49,914 nt of DNA, from IMG/VR virus record IMGVR_UViG_3300044709_000090, positions 1 through 49,914 of that record; one strand, written 5' to 3'. This document shows positions 1 to 8,286 of this stretch, piece after piece (positions within the stretch are counted from its first letter, which is position 1; the number at the start of each line of letters is the position of its first letter). Position numbers and translations under genes: made by a program. This stretch comes from a virus. Its lineage: Duplodnaviria > Caudoviricetes. Below the pieces are notes generated by a model. It was not told where the DNA came from. It saw only the letters and a program-made list of their open reading frames with translations, and ran no database searches.

Positions 1-137
1 CACCGAGAAGGGCAACACGTGAGCGAGCTCGTCGCGCTCGCCGGCCATGATGGCCACGTGCACCTGGTGCCAGTAGCTTGCGTAACCCGCGATCGTCGCC
101 ACCGCAGCGGCGGACAGGTTGCGGGTTATCCGCGTGA
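1..137. repeat. Terminal direct repeat, copy 1 (circular overlap with 49778..49914)
   Basis: 137 bp identical to the window end except T127 vs G49904. Confidence 0.95.
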
Positions 138-147
138 CGTTGATCAT
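1..147 (-). CDS. 5' part of DUF2637 membrane protein gene that continues across the circular junction into 49316..49777
   Basis: ATG at 147 with GAGGGAG RBS; MINVTRITRNLSAAAVATIAGYASYWHQV reads into the 49316..49879 ORF. Confidence 0.85.
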   Translation of the reverse strand, partial: MINVTRITRNLSAAAVATIAGYASYWHQVHVAIMAGERDELAHVLPFSV

Positions 148-380
148 GTCCGTCTCCCTCGGACTGGCCACCCCGGTTGGGTGGCGGGAGTGACGCGGCG
201 CCGGTGAAGGCGGCTGGGGAGATTCCTCGCGTCTGGCGCTGCGGAGCTGGGCTCAACGCGCTGCCTGGGGCGGTGCCGGCATCTCGCCGGCTGGTCGTGC
301 GATTCGGTGTCGAGTCGGGGCTGTTTCACGGCGTTGAGGCGACTGCTTGCGCTGACCTGACCCTCGCTGCGGTGTCCCAC
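144..380 (-). CDS. Hypothetical protein
   Basis: AAGGAG RBS before GTG at 380; stop overlaps the DUF2637 start (ATGA); strong promoter upstream. Confidence 0.55.
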   Translation of the reverse strand: MGHRSEGQVSASSRLNAVKQPRLDTESHDQPARCRHRPRQRVEPSSAAPDARNLPSRLHRRRVTPATQPGWPVRGRRT

Positions 381-396
381 TCTCCTTACGTCTCTA

Positions 397-425
397 ACTA
401 TACAGCGCTAGCGTCCTGACGTCAA
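397..425 (-). promoter_or_regulatory. Housekeeping sigma promoter TTGACG-N17-TATAGT
   Basis: Near-consensus -35/-10 with 17-bp spacer, pointing into 380..144 and DUF2637. Confidence 0.75.
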
Positions 426-460
426 GGTGCACCGGGGGGAATCGCGATTCGCGAATCACG

Positions 461-664
461 TCAGCTAGCGAGATCCGTCCGGGCACCGCGCCCCGGCCGG
501 GTGGCCGCCCAAGTCTCGACGGTCGAGGCGTACCACCACGGGGTACGGCGATCGTGTTCGCCGTCCTTGGCCGGCGCGTGCTTGGTGTTGACGTAGGAGC
601 GCCAGGTGCTTGGCGCGATGCCGAGCCGCGCGGCCACCTGCGCCACAGTCAGCTTCTCGTCCAC
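461..664 (-). CDS. AlpA/MerR-like helix-turn-helix DNA-binding protein
   Basis: LTVAQVAARLGIAPSTWRSY...P.WY.STVE.W; TATAGT 6 nt upstream of GTG (leaderless). Confidence 0.8.
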   Translation of the reverse strand: MDEKLTVAQVAARLGIAPSTWRSYVNTKHAPAKDGEHDRRTPWWYASTVETWAATRPGRGARTDLAS

Positions 665-746
665 TCCCAGACTATACAGCGCCAGGGCTTGATACTGGCC
701 GAACGGCTGACGGCGTTCTTGGTTTCAGGCATTCACACTCAGCGAC

Positions 747-1241
747 GTGACGACACCGGACCAGCCACACGTGCCGATCATCCCCGGCGTGCCGTATCAA
801 CATCAACCGCCCACTCCGCCGCAACCGCCGCCACCACTGCGGCCAGCGCCGAAGAAGGGACTCGGCGTCGGAGCCGTGGTCGGCATCATCCTCGGTGCCG
901 CCGCCCTGCTTGGCGTGCTGTGCTGTGCTGGGCTGCTCTACATCGGGACTCTCGGCGGTGGCGGGACGACGAAATCCGACGGGGATATCGCGGTGACGCT
1001 GAACAGTTGCACCCAGGCGAGTGGTTTCTACCGGGCCAACCTGACCGTCACCAACAACGGCGCCCGGGCCCGGTCGGTCTACGTTGACATCGAATGGCTC
1101 GACCCGGGCAATGGCGACAGGCTAGCCTCCACGACAGAAATCGTCAGGAGTGTCGACCCCGGGCAGACCGCCAAGGAAGAGGCGATTGCCACGGGGACGG
1201 ACGACAGGGCTGCGGTGACGTGCACCTACCGAGTTCGATGA
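747..1241 (+). CDS. Membrane-anchored extracellular protein (Pro-rich N-terminus, one TM helix, FxLYD/Ig-like domain)
   Basis: Hydrophobic GLGVGAVVGIILGAAALLGVLCCAGLL; ANLTVTNN..YVDIEWLD..GDRL..VDPGQT. Confidence 0.75.
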   Translation: MTTPDQPHVPIIPGVPYQHQPPTPPQPPPPLRPAPKKGLGVGAVVGIILGAAALLGVLCCAGLLYIGTLGGGGTTKSDGDIAVTLNSCTQASGFYRANLTVTNNGARARSVYVDIEWLDPGNGDRLASTTEIVRSVDPGQTAKEEAIATGTDDRAAVTCTYRVR

Positions 1242-1365
1242 CCCACTGCATGTCCTGCCGCAACACCGCGTCCTCGACGACCGTGGGCCAGTCTGGCCCG
1301 GCGTTGTCCGCCTGGCTGATGTCCCGCTGAAGCAGGTCGACCAGCGTGCGCCTCAGCCGCCTCAC
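1144..1365 (-). CDS. Hypothetical protein, last gene of small leftward operon
   Basis: GTGA coupling with the upstream stop at 1362; overlaps the 3' end of the convergent gene. Confidence 0.35.
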   Translation of the reverse strand: MRRLRRTLVDLLQRDISQADNAGPDWPTVVEDAVLRQDMQWVIELGRCTSPQPCRPSPWQSPLPWRSARGRHS

Positions 1366-1586
1366 ACCGCACCTCGCGGTGGCGGGATGAACCGGGCGAG
1401 CACTGCCCGCACCTGCTCGGAGCTGAGCGTGGTCATGGTCGCCCAGAAGTAGACGAACTCGACCGCGGCCTTGTGGTCGGCATCCTCGCCGCAGTACCGC
1501 CTGATCCCCTTGATGACCGCTTGAACGCCCCGGTCGTCGTCGTAGCCGTCGTCCAACCGCAGGACGGGCCGCTGGGACGGGGTCAT
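1362..1586 (-). CDS. Small helical hypothetical protein (paralog set)
   Basis: ATGA-coupled; MTPSQRPVLRLDD...LSSEQVRAVLARF. Confidence 0.65.
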   Translation of the reverse strand: MTPSQRPVLRLDDGYDDDRGVQAVIKGIRRYCGEDADHKAAVEFVYFWATMTTLSSEQVRAVLARFIPPPRGAV

Positions 1587-1756
1587 CCCGCACACTCCAC
1601 AACCGGCCCGCCGATGATGGCCCGCTCGACGACCTTGCGGTCTCGTTCGCTGGCCCCATGCCGCCGGGCGTAGGTGGTCAGCAGCTCGAGTTGGGTCTGC
1701 TTGTCCTTGGCCGCACTGAGCACGGCGGCGTGCAGGTCGCGCTGACGCTGGTTCAT
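1583..1756 (-). CDS. Small helical hypothetical protein (paralog set)
   Basis: ATGA-coupled; MNQRQRDLHAAVL... Confidence 0.6.
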   Translation of the reverse strand: MNQRQRDLHAAVLSAAKDKQTQLELLTTYARRHGASERDRKVVERAIIGGPVVECAG

Positions 1757-2013
1757 GACTCGCCACCGGGCAGAATCATCGCGCCGGACGACATGCCTCC
1801 GCCGGGCAGCGGCCGCTCGTACGGGTCGGGCTCGCCGACCGGGAAGTGCCGCAGGACCTCTTCGACGTCGGGTGCGGTGAGATCGCGGAAGTAGCGCCAC
1901 ATGCGGATCAGCTTGGCCGCGCGCTCGCGGTCCAGGTCCTCGTCGCCGAAGGCGTTCAGCGCCAGCACGGCGCGAGTCACGACGGACGGTCCGGGCGTAG
2001 GTACGGTATCCAT
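1753..2013 (-). CDS. Small helical hypothetical protein (paralog set)
   Basis: GGAGG RBS; MDTVPTPG...LTAPDVEEVLRHFP. Confidence 0.65.
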   Translation of the reverse strand: MDTVPTPGPSVVTRAVLALNAFGDEDLDRERAAKLIRMWRYFRDLTAPDVEEVLRHFPVGEPDPYERPLPGGGMSSGAMILPGGES

Positions 2014-2104
2014 GGGTCGCCTCCACGGGGCGATCAAGGGCCCGGGTTGGCGTTCACGCGCCACTCGGGCCCGTCTTGTGTTGAGCCACCACGGTAACCC
2101 CTGA

Positions 2105-2184
2105 GTGGCCACCTGGCTACCCTCCGAGTGGCCACCATGGCATATGCCCAGGTTGGGAGACATGTCACCTGGCATGGTGGCCAC
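2105..2184. promoter_or_regulatory. Divergent promoter/operator region with three GTGGCCAC palindromes
   Basis: GTGGCCAC at 2105, 2128 and 2177; 12-bp inverted repeat 2128-2139/2173-2184 carrying a CATGGT -10-like hexamer on each strand. Confidence 0.55.
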
Positions 2185-2427
2185 GTGTTGGGCGAGGTGG
2201 AGGCAGCCGCCGAGGCGTACCGGGATGCGATGTCCGCGGTCGATGAGGCCAAGGCGGCCGTCAAACGCGCCCTGGGCGAGGTGCCACCCGCCCGCGATCA
2301 CCTGCACGCGGCGATCGTGGCCGCCTACCGCGCCGGCGCGCGGGTCCGTGCCCTCGCACCAGCGTCCGGCTACGGCCGGGAGCAGGTTCGGCGGATCCTC
2401 CGGAAAGCGGGAATCGACCCGGACTGA
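2185..2427 (+). CDS. Small HTH regulator
   Basis: LHAAIVAAYRAGARVRALAPASGYGREQVRRIL; start uncertain (2128 or 2185). Confidence 0.7.
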   Translation: MLGEVEAAAEAYRDAMSAVDEAKAAVKRALGEVPPARDHLHAAIVAAYRAGARVRALAPASGYGREQVRRILRKAGIDPD

Positions 2428-2718
2428 CCGTTCGGCTCAATCGACGCTAGCCGAAAGTATGGTCACGAAACTGGATTGATCCAATTGCTGCGTGTAGTCG
2501 GGGGTAGGAGGTAGAAAGAGTAATCCCGTCACCCCATTGATCCCGGACGTGGCCCAGACCTTGCCGGCCCCCGACCAATGGCGTCACCCCGATGACGGGT
2601 CACAGCTTCAGTTTGTCCCCGTGTGCCGGTGGCCGTGCGCGGGTCACCAGGCAACTCCAACCCCAGAACACCGGTCGGGAGGCCATCTCATGCTGTCTGA
2701 CGTTGTGTGGACCGCGCC

Positions 2719-3105
2719 ATGAGCGCGACCCGCTGGCTCAAGCTCGCCGCGATCGCGGCGCTGGTCTACGTCCTGTACGACTTCATACCGTCGCCGCTGC
2801 CGGACATGTCCGGCGACGTCCACCAGATCGTGGTGGCGGCACTGATCGTCGCCTTGCTGCTGTCGGGGTTCTCATCCATAGCCGACCGCCGGGCCGAGCG
2901 GGACCGGGAACGGCGGCTGACGGAGGAGCGCACCGTAGTGTTGCAGCCCGTTGCGGTGCCCGCGCAGAAGCCGGTGGTCGGCCGGGTCTTCGTCGTGATG
3001 CCACACGAACCCAGCTTGGACGGATATGACAAAGGTTGGATTGACGGTCTGGCGGCCCGTCCGGTGCGTGACGGAGGACGACGGGTGCTGCCGTTCGAGA
3101 AATGA
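2719..3105 (+). CDS. Two-TM membrane protein
   Basis: Two hydrophobic segments followed by a charged tail. Confidence 0.7.
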   Translation: MSATRWLKLAAIAALVYVLYDFIPSPLPDMSGDVHQIVVAALIVALLLSGFSSIADRRAERDRERRLTEERTVVLQPVAVPAQKPVVGRVFVVMPHEPSLDGYDKGWIDGLAARPVRDGGRRVLPFEK

Positions 3106-3133
3106 TCTCCCCTATATGTCCCCTAAGATCACG

Positions 3134-3159
3134 CAGCCCCGGTCCGTAGACCGGGGCTG
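3134..3159. terminator. Stem-loop terminator
   Basis: CAGCCCCGGTC-cgta-GACCGGGGCTG between convergent genes. Confidence 0.7.
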
Positions 3160-3184
3160 ATCTGCATCGGAGGAGATCATTTCT

Positions 3185-3210
3185 TGGGGTGACTGAGGGG
3201 ACTCGAACCC
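3185..3210 (-). other. attP core: 3' end of a tRNA-His gene
   Basis: Reverse complement GGGTTCGAGTCCCCTCAGTCACCCCA = T-loop, acceptor strand, C73 discriminator and CCA; lies just downstream of the integrase. Confidence 0.85.
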
Positions 3211-3254
3211 GAAAACAGGCCCTGGTCAGAGGTCTGACATCGGCTCTGACCTGC

Positions 3255-4481
3255 TCATACGTTGCCGTCGGTTGCCGATCGTTGCCGCTGATTGCCTTCG
3301 GATTCCCCTACCTGGCCCCTAAGATCATCGGCCAGTTCGTCGGCGAGCTCGGCCTCGAGGTCCTCAATACGGACATCGCGTAACGCCTCGTCCACGGCCG
3401 CCAGGATCCCGTCATCAACTTCCTCACGAATATGGCCATATAGGGCATCCGTGACCGCGATCGACGAGTGGCCGAGCCGGCGCGAGATCGCCGACAGGGG
3501 CCGGTTCGCCGCGATCAGCATGGCCGCGTGGGTGTGACGCAGGTCGTGCACGCGCAGCCCCTCGAGGCCCGCGGCCTTGCACGCGGCGAGCCAGATCCGG
3601 CGGAAGTTGCGGGTGCGCACCATCAGCCCTTTCGCCGTGGTGAACACGACCTCGTCATCGCCCTTGGTCGCCACCAGCGACGTGAGCACCAGCGCCACCG
3701 ACTTCGGGAAGCTCACCGCCCGCCGGGACCGGGCGCTCTTCGGCGACATGAATATCAACTCGCCCGTGGTCGGCATCTCCTGCAGCTGCTCCACGACCAC
3801 GAGCCTGGGCTTGGTCGCCAGCAGGTCCACCCGCCCGACCTTGAGCCCGATCGCCTCCGCCCACCGCAGCCCGGTCGCGACGAGCAGCAGCACCAGCGGC
3901 TGCCAGTGCTTGGGCGTGGCGGCGATCAACCGGCCTATCTCCGGGTCGGTGAGGAAGCGCATCTCGTGATGCTCACGCTTGGGCAGGTTCGTCCCGACGC
4001 AGGGGTTGACCCGGATCCGACGGCCCACCACGGCCGCCTGCATGATCGTGAACAGCAGGCCGTGGCAGTTGTGGATTGTCTTGGGCGACAGCGCCCGGCG
4101 CTGGCCGCGGCGGCTCAGCCAGTCCCCCACGCCGGCCGCGAGGTCATCCGACCAGTCCTGCACCGCGCCGGCGTCGATCTCGTCCAACGCGAAGTCGCCG
4201 AGCAGGGGCCGGATGTGGTTGCGGACCCGGCCGGATTCGGAGTGCGCCGAGGTCGGCTTCAGCGACCGCTCATACGAGGGCCACCACTCGTCCAGCCACG
4301 CGTTCAGGGTGATCTGCCCACCGCGGGGCAGCAGCGCGTCGCCACGCAGCAGGTCGGCCTTGAGCAGGATCATGGCGGTCCTGGCCGCCGTCTTGGTCTG
4401 GTAGCCAGCGGCCAGGTCGACCTTGCGCCCGGCGACCTTGTCCCGGATCCGCCAGGTGTCGCCGTTGCGCTCGACCCACAT
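3255..4481 (-). CDS. int: Tyrosine integrase
   Basis: TGLRWAE (R), PKS (K), HDLRH, LGHSS..T..LY catalytic residues. Confidence 0.97.
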   Translation of the reverse strand: MWVERNGDTWRIRDKVAGRKVDLAAGYQTKTAARTAMILLKADLLRGDALLPRGGQITLNAWLDEWWPSYERSLKPTSAHSESGRVRNHIRPLLGDFALDEIDAGAVQDWSDDLAAGVGDWLSRRGQRRALSPKTIHNCHGLLFTIMQAAVVGRRIRVNPCVGTNLPKREHHEMRFLTDPEIGRLIAATPKHWQPLVLLLVATGLRWAEAIGLKVGRVDLLATKPRLVVVEQLQEMPTTGELIFMSPKSARSRRAVSFPKSVALVLTSLVATKGDDEVVFTTAKGLMVRTRNFRRIWLAACKAAGLEGLRVHDLRHTHAAMLIAANRPLSAISRRLGHSSIAVTDALYGHIREEVDDGILAAVDEALRDVRIEDLEAELADELADDLRGQVGESEGNQRQRSATDGNV

Positions 4482-4867
4482 CAGCCGGCGGCTTCGTCGA
4501 CACCGAGCGCGAAGCGCAGGTCCTCGATCCGGCGGCGTTCCTCCTCCTCGCGCCGACGCATCAGCCGCTGGATCATCTCGGCCTTCTGCTCGTCGGTGCG
4601 GGGCGCGGCCAGGATCAGGTCAACCTCCGGGTCCCGACCTCGGGGAATGTCGCCGGCCGCCCGGAGCGCTGTCTCACGGTCCTCGCCGAGTGCGTCGGCG
4701 ATCAGGTAGACCGACTGGATGGTGATGGCGCCCGCGCCCTTGTGGAGCCAGTCAGACACCGTCGTCCGGTGAAGGCCAGCCTTGCGGGCCAGCGCGGTCA
4801 CGGTCATCTCGTGGGCTGCGAGCATCCTTTTCAGGTACGCGCTCCAGGCGTCGCCCGCATCCACCAC
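4481..4867 (-). CDS. XRE-family immunity repressor
   Basis: HTH TVTALARKAGLHRTTVSDW; divergent from Cro; stop overlaps int start (TGATG); start set at GTG 7 nt after TACGGT. Confidence 0.85.
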   Translation of the reverse strand: MVDAGDAWSAYLKRMLAAHEMTVTALARKAGLHRTTVSDWLHKGAGAITIQSVYLIADALGEDRETALRAAGDIPRGRDPEVDLILAAPRTDEQKAEMIQRLMRRREEEERRRIEDLRFALGVDEAAG

Positions 4868-4874
4868 ATACAGA

Positions 4875-5119
4875 ACCGTAGGTTCCAACCAGCGGGATCG
4901 GAAGGACTCGAAGTGTAGTCTACGGGCTACACGCTCGGGTAACCGCTTCCGATCCAAATGCCTGTTCGCGCGGGATAGTCCGGCCGTTGTCGGGACTGCT
5001 CGCTGTGGCATACAGACGACGTTATGCGGCGAACATCATCGATGGCACTCATCCGAACGGCTGATTCTGACGGATCTAGACGACGGTACTTGTGTAGTCT
5101 CGATCCGACGTCTTACGGT
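4875..5119. promoter_or_regulatory. Genetic switch: divergent promoters and operators
   Basis: TACGGT -10 on each strand (4875-4880 minus, 5114-5119 plus); imperfect palindrome GTGTAGTC-tacg-GGCTACAC at 4913; GTGTAGTC half-site again at 5092. Confidence 0.6.
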
Positions 5120-5126
5120 AGGCGAC

Positions 5127-5387
5127 GTGGCCGTGATGGATTCAGACGACATGATGTCGACAAGACCCGACGTCGGTGTCCGACTCCGCTTGGACGTCTA
5201 CGACCAACTGGCCAGGGCCAAGGGCTATGCCACGGTGACCAGCCAAGCCGAACTCCACGGCATCAACCGCGCCACCATGCACGCGCTCCGCAACGGCGAG
5301 AACGTCCCCCGACTGGACACTGCCATGCGCCTTGCCGCCGACCTCGGCGTGGCCGTTGAGGTCATCTGGGAGCGAGTCACGGTATGA
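5127..5387 (+). CDS. Cro-like HTH protein
   Basis: SQAELHGINRATMHALRNGENVPRLDTAMRLAADLGV. Confidence 0.8.
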   Translation: MAVMDSDDMMSTRPDVGVRLRLDVYDQLARAKGYATVTSQAELHGINRATMHALRNGENVPRLDTAMRLAADLGVAVEVIWERVTV

Positions 5388-5614
5388 GCCCGCTTCTGAC
5401 GATCCCCGAGCTCGCCGCCCTGTTCCAGGTCGGTGAGTCGACGGTGGAGAAGAAGGTCGCGGCCGGCACCTGGCCCTGCACGAAGATCGCCGGCCTGGTC
5501 CGGTTCACCTCTGAACATGTCGCGGCCATCGTGGCTGCCGGCGAGAAGCCGGCGGTCAATGATGGCCGCCTTTCTGTTGTCCAAATTCGCTCACGACGTA
5601 GGAGATCCGCGTGA
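5384..5614 (+). CDS. Excisionase-like HTH protein
   Basis: LLTIPELAALFQVGESTV...WP..KIAGLVRF. Confidence 0.8.
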   Translation: MSPLLTIPELAALFQVGESTVEKKVAAGTWPCTKIAGLVRFTSEHVAAIVAAGEKPAVNDGRLSVVQIRSRRRRSA

Positions 5615-5844
5615 CCCAGCCACCGCCACCCGGGCCAAGCCCGAACCCGCCGCCGCCCGGCCCACGGTTCACGGGCCCGGACCCGATGCCGCTTCCGCCT
5701 CCGCCACCGGGGCCGAAGCTGTCGGACCCGATCAGCCAGCCCGACCCGCCGACCTACCCGGGCCCTCGGCCGCCCAGCAAGACCACCCAACCCGCACCGA
5801 CGGTCTTCCCCGGCGCCGGTGCGGTGCGCTCCCCCCTGCGGTGA
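5611..5844 (+). CDS. Proline-rich hypothetical protein
   Basis: GTGA-coupled; followed by a GC hairpin at ~5851-5884. Confidence 0.4.
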   Translation: MTQPPPPGPSPNPPPPGPRFTGPDPMPLPPPPPGPKLSDPISQPDPPTYPGPRPPSKTTQPAPTVFPGAGAVRSPLR

Positions 5845-5916
5845 GCGCCGGGCCCGGCCGTCCGTGGGGGCGGGCGGCCGGGCACGACAAAGACATGACG
5901 ACGAAGGAGGAGCGGG

Positions 5917-6105
5917 ATGAGCGGCGAGATCGACACAACGAACGACCATCTGGTCGGCATCCAGGGCGGCCGCGTCGTGGTGGTCATGCCGCCATTGCGG
6001 CCCATGGCCTACGCCGAGGCTCTGCGGCTGGCCGCCTGGATCGTGGCCATCGTCGATGACGACGAAGCGTTCAACGCAATCCTCGGCGCGGTGCGGTCGA
6101 CATGA
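5917..6105 (+). CDS. Hypothetical protein
   Basis: AAGGAGGAG RBS, high GC3. Confidence 0.7.
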   Translation: MSGEIDTTNDHLVGIQGGRVVVVMPPLRPMAYAEALRLAAWIVAIVDDDEAFNAILGAVRST

Positions 6106-6307
6106 CCACCACCCAGACGGGCATCGCGGTCCGTTGCACGGCCGCGGTGAATGACAGCCCCGCCATCAACGACGTGCTGTCAGCGGCCCCGAGCCGGGTT
6201 ACGGACGGCTCGGCGGCCGTGCCCCAGAGCTGAAGTCCAGACAACAAGAGCGGCCCGCCGCGTGACCGGACGGGCCGCAAGAAGACCAGGAAGGTTGGTC
6301 CACATAC

Positions 6308-6655
6308 ATGCTAACCGACGACGACCGCGACGCCTTGCGGGTGCAGCACGAGAACGAGGCGCTGCGCCATCGGCTGCAGACCACGCAGAGCCGACTCGAC
6401 GAGTTGCTGAAGTCGGCGAAGATCTGGCGGGCGTGGTGGAACGGCAAGGGCGGTCCGGAAGTGACCAACCTCGTCGAAAAGATTGATCTCATCAGCCGCT
6501 TGGTCGCCGCCGACCCGCCAACCCCGTGGACCAACTGCCCCTGCGAGCACCCATGGCTGCGCCACGACGTGGACGAGTATCGCGGTGACGGCACCGAGAC
6601 GTGCTGCGTTGAAGGCTGCGACCAGACCGGCTGCCCGGGCCGAGGTGCGAGATGA
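6308..6655 (+). CDS. Hypothetical protein with C-terminal Cys/His cluster
   Basis: CPCEH..H..CCVEGC..C; coupled to the next gene. Confidence 0.65.
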   Translation: MLTDDDRDALRVQHENEALRHRLQTTQSRLDELLKSAKIWRAWWNGKGGPEVTNLVEKIDLISRLVAADPPTPWTNCPCEHPWLRHDVDEYRGDGTETCCVEGCDQTGCPGRGAR

Positions 6656-6921
6656 CCGACCTCGTGCCGGCAGACCGCATTGAGCAGATCGTGGGCGCGT
6701 CAAGGCACGCCGTTGACCACATTGGACGAGCCGTATCGTCCGAGGAAGTGGTGTACATCCTGCACAGCTACGCCTGCCTTGACAGCGGCATCGACCTGCG
6801 GCAGTGCCGGTACTCGTTGGCGCTGGACGATGGGATCGATCCGGAGCGGTGGACCGAGGATCAGCCGGTGCGCCTCGCGGTGGTTGACGGCCGACTCGTA
6901 CCGGACGGTGAGTCATCATGA
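6652..6921 (+). CDS. Conserved actinophage hypothetical protein
   Basis: ATGA-coupled; VYILHS..C..C.YSLALD.GID. Confidence 0.7.
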   Translation: MTDLVPADRIEQIVGASRHAVDHIGRAVSSEEVVYILHSYACLDSGIDLRQCRYSLALDDGIDPERWTEDQPVRLAVVDGRLVPDGESS

Positions 6922-7115
6922 CCGACCCCTTCGCCCACCCCGCCCCGCGACCGTCCACCCTGGACGCCGCGTACCGGCTGTTCCACAACGGCTCGCTGCC
7001 CTACGGCGCCGCGCTGGCTGAGATGGTCGCCGCCGGGCTGATGTACCCCGAGGCCCGGGCCGCGTTGGACGCGCCGAGCCTGCCGTCGGCGGGAGTGCTG
7101 GCGGTGGTGGGATGA
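6918..7115 (+). CDS. Hypothetical protein
   Basis: ATGA-coupled at both ends. Confidence 0.6.
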   Translation: MTDPFAHPAPRPSTLDAAYRLFHNGSLPYGAALAEMVAAGLMYPEARAALDAPSLPSAGVLAVVG

Positions 7116-7510
7116 GCACCCAAACGTTCCACCTCGGCGACTTGTTGAGCATCACGACCGGAGTCCTCGTCTCACCGTCCCGCATGGATGGCGTGTACGA
7201 GATCCTGCAGTTCCTCGTTGGCGAACCGCTTTGGACTCATCAGCTTCCACGCGCGCGTGACGAATGCGCTCCCGCGCTGATCCGGCAGTTCCCGCTCCTC
7301 GCCGACATCACAGTGCCTCAGCTTGACGGCGCCGCGAAGTACGCCGAGTGGCTCGACGAGCAGTGCGAGAAGTACGGCACCTACTTCGAGGTCTCGCCGA
7401 TGGATCCCGCCGACCACACGTCGATCAACCCGTTGGCGGAGATCGCGATGATCGCGCCGAATCTGCCGGTGATCGTCGTCGAAACTCCCGAGCCGGAGGT
7501 CACCCCGTGA
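7112..7510 (+). CDS. Conserved phage hypothetical protein
   Basis: FHLGDLLSITTG.LVSP..MDGVYEIL..L.THQLPR. Confidence 0.75.
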   Translation: MSTQTFHLGDLLSITTGVLVSPSRMDGVYEILQFLVGEPLWTHQLPRARDECAPALIRQFPLLADITVPQLDGAAKYAEWLDEQCEKYGTYFEVSPMDPADHTSINPLAEIAMIAPNLPVIVVETPEPEVTP

Positions 7511-7719
7511 TCACCGTCCACACCGGATACCGGACGCCCGCCAACGGCTGCATGGCACAAGCCGGCGGCGAGGGCCTGTGCCCGTACGTGGCCACCCACG
7601 CCGTCACCATCCGCACCGACGACGGGCCGGTACACAGCGCCGTGTGCGGCGTGCATGAGCTGGTGCTGCGCGACGAGGGCCGCCTGGCCGGGTCGAAGCC
7701 GATCGGAAGTGAACGATGA
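7507..7719 (+). CDS. Small Cys/His hypothetical protein
   Basis: GTGA-coupled, GGAGG RBS. Confidence 0.55.
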   Translation: MITVHTGYRTPANGCMAQAGGEGLCPYVATHAVTIRTDDGPVHSAVCGVHELVLRDEGRLAGSKPIGSER

Positions 7720-8204
7720 GCTGGTACGCCGAGAAGACCGAGGTCTCGTCCGACCGCACCCGGTCGGAGATTGAGGCCACGCTACGGCGGTATGGGGCAA
7801 CGCAGTTCGCCTACGGCTGGGATCCCGGCGCCGCCACGCTCGGCTTCGGCATCAGTAACCGGCTGGTGCGATTTCGCCTGCCGATGCCCAACCCCAAGGA
7901 CCGGCGATTCACCCACACCGAAAGCAGGAACCTCCAGCGCAGCGCCGACGCGGCGGCCGCCGAGTACGACCGCGCCGTACGCCAGTCGTGGCGGGCGTTG
8001 GCCCTGGTCATCAAGGCCAAATTGGAAGCGGTTGCCGCCGGCATCACGACGATCGAGGAGGAGTTCCTCGCTCACGTTGTGCTGCCAAATGGGTCCACGG
8101 TTGGTGAATGGGCGCGGCCGCAGATCGAGGTGGCCTACGACACCCAGCAGATGCCCGCACTTATGCCAGGTGTGAACGGTTCGGGAGGCGGCGATGTCCA
8201 GTGA
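7716..8204 (+). CDS. Conserved phage hypothetical protein
   Basis: YA..T.V...RTRSEIE..L.RYGA; WRAL.L.IKAKLEAV..GI.T.EEEFL. Confidence 0.8.
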   Translation: MSWYAEKTEVSSDRTRSEIEATLRRYGATQFAYGWDPGAATLGFGISNRLVRFRLPMPNPKDRRFTHTESRNLQRSADAAAAEYDRAVRQSWRALALVIKAKLEAVAAGITTIEEEFLAHVVLPNGSTVGEWARPQIEVAYDTQQMPALMPGVNGSGGGDVQ

Positions 8205-8286
8205 CACAACTCGCGCTCGCACTGTTCGCCGGCTCGGCTGGCTGCTTGGTGACGGCCGTTGGCGTGTACGGACGGTGGATCCGGAG

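Larger units (their letters stand above)
3107..3328. repeat. Probable arm-type and accessory binding sites flanking attP
   Basis: TCCCCTA-N5-CCCCTAAGATCA on both sides of the core (~3107 and ~3304); tandem GTTGCCG repeats at ~3261-3296. Confidence 0.65.

Noticed and set aside
1-137. Biological terminal repeat
   Set aside because: It falls mid-gene in DUF2637, far from the terminase region, and the one mismatch is synonymous (ATA/ATC). It is best explained as assembly overlap of a circular sequence.
3185-3210. Complete tRNA gene
   Set aside because: Only the T-loop and acceptor 3' strand are present; there is no D or anticodon arm.
3185-4867. Integration-dependent immunity (attP inside the repressor)
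   Set aside because: The core lies downstream of int and truncates neither gene.
4868-5011. Longer repressor N-terminus
   Set aside because: It runs through the promoter/operator region; a leaderless start at 4867 or 4864 is more plausible.
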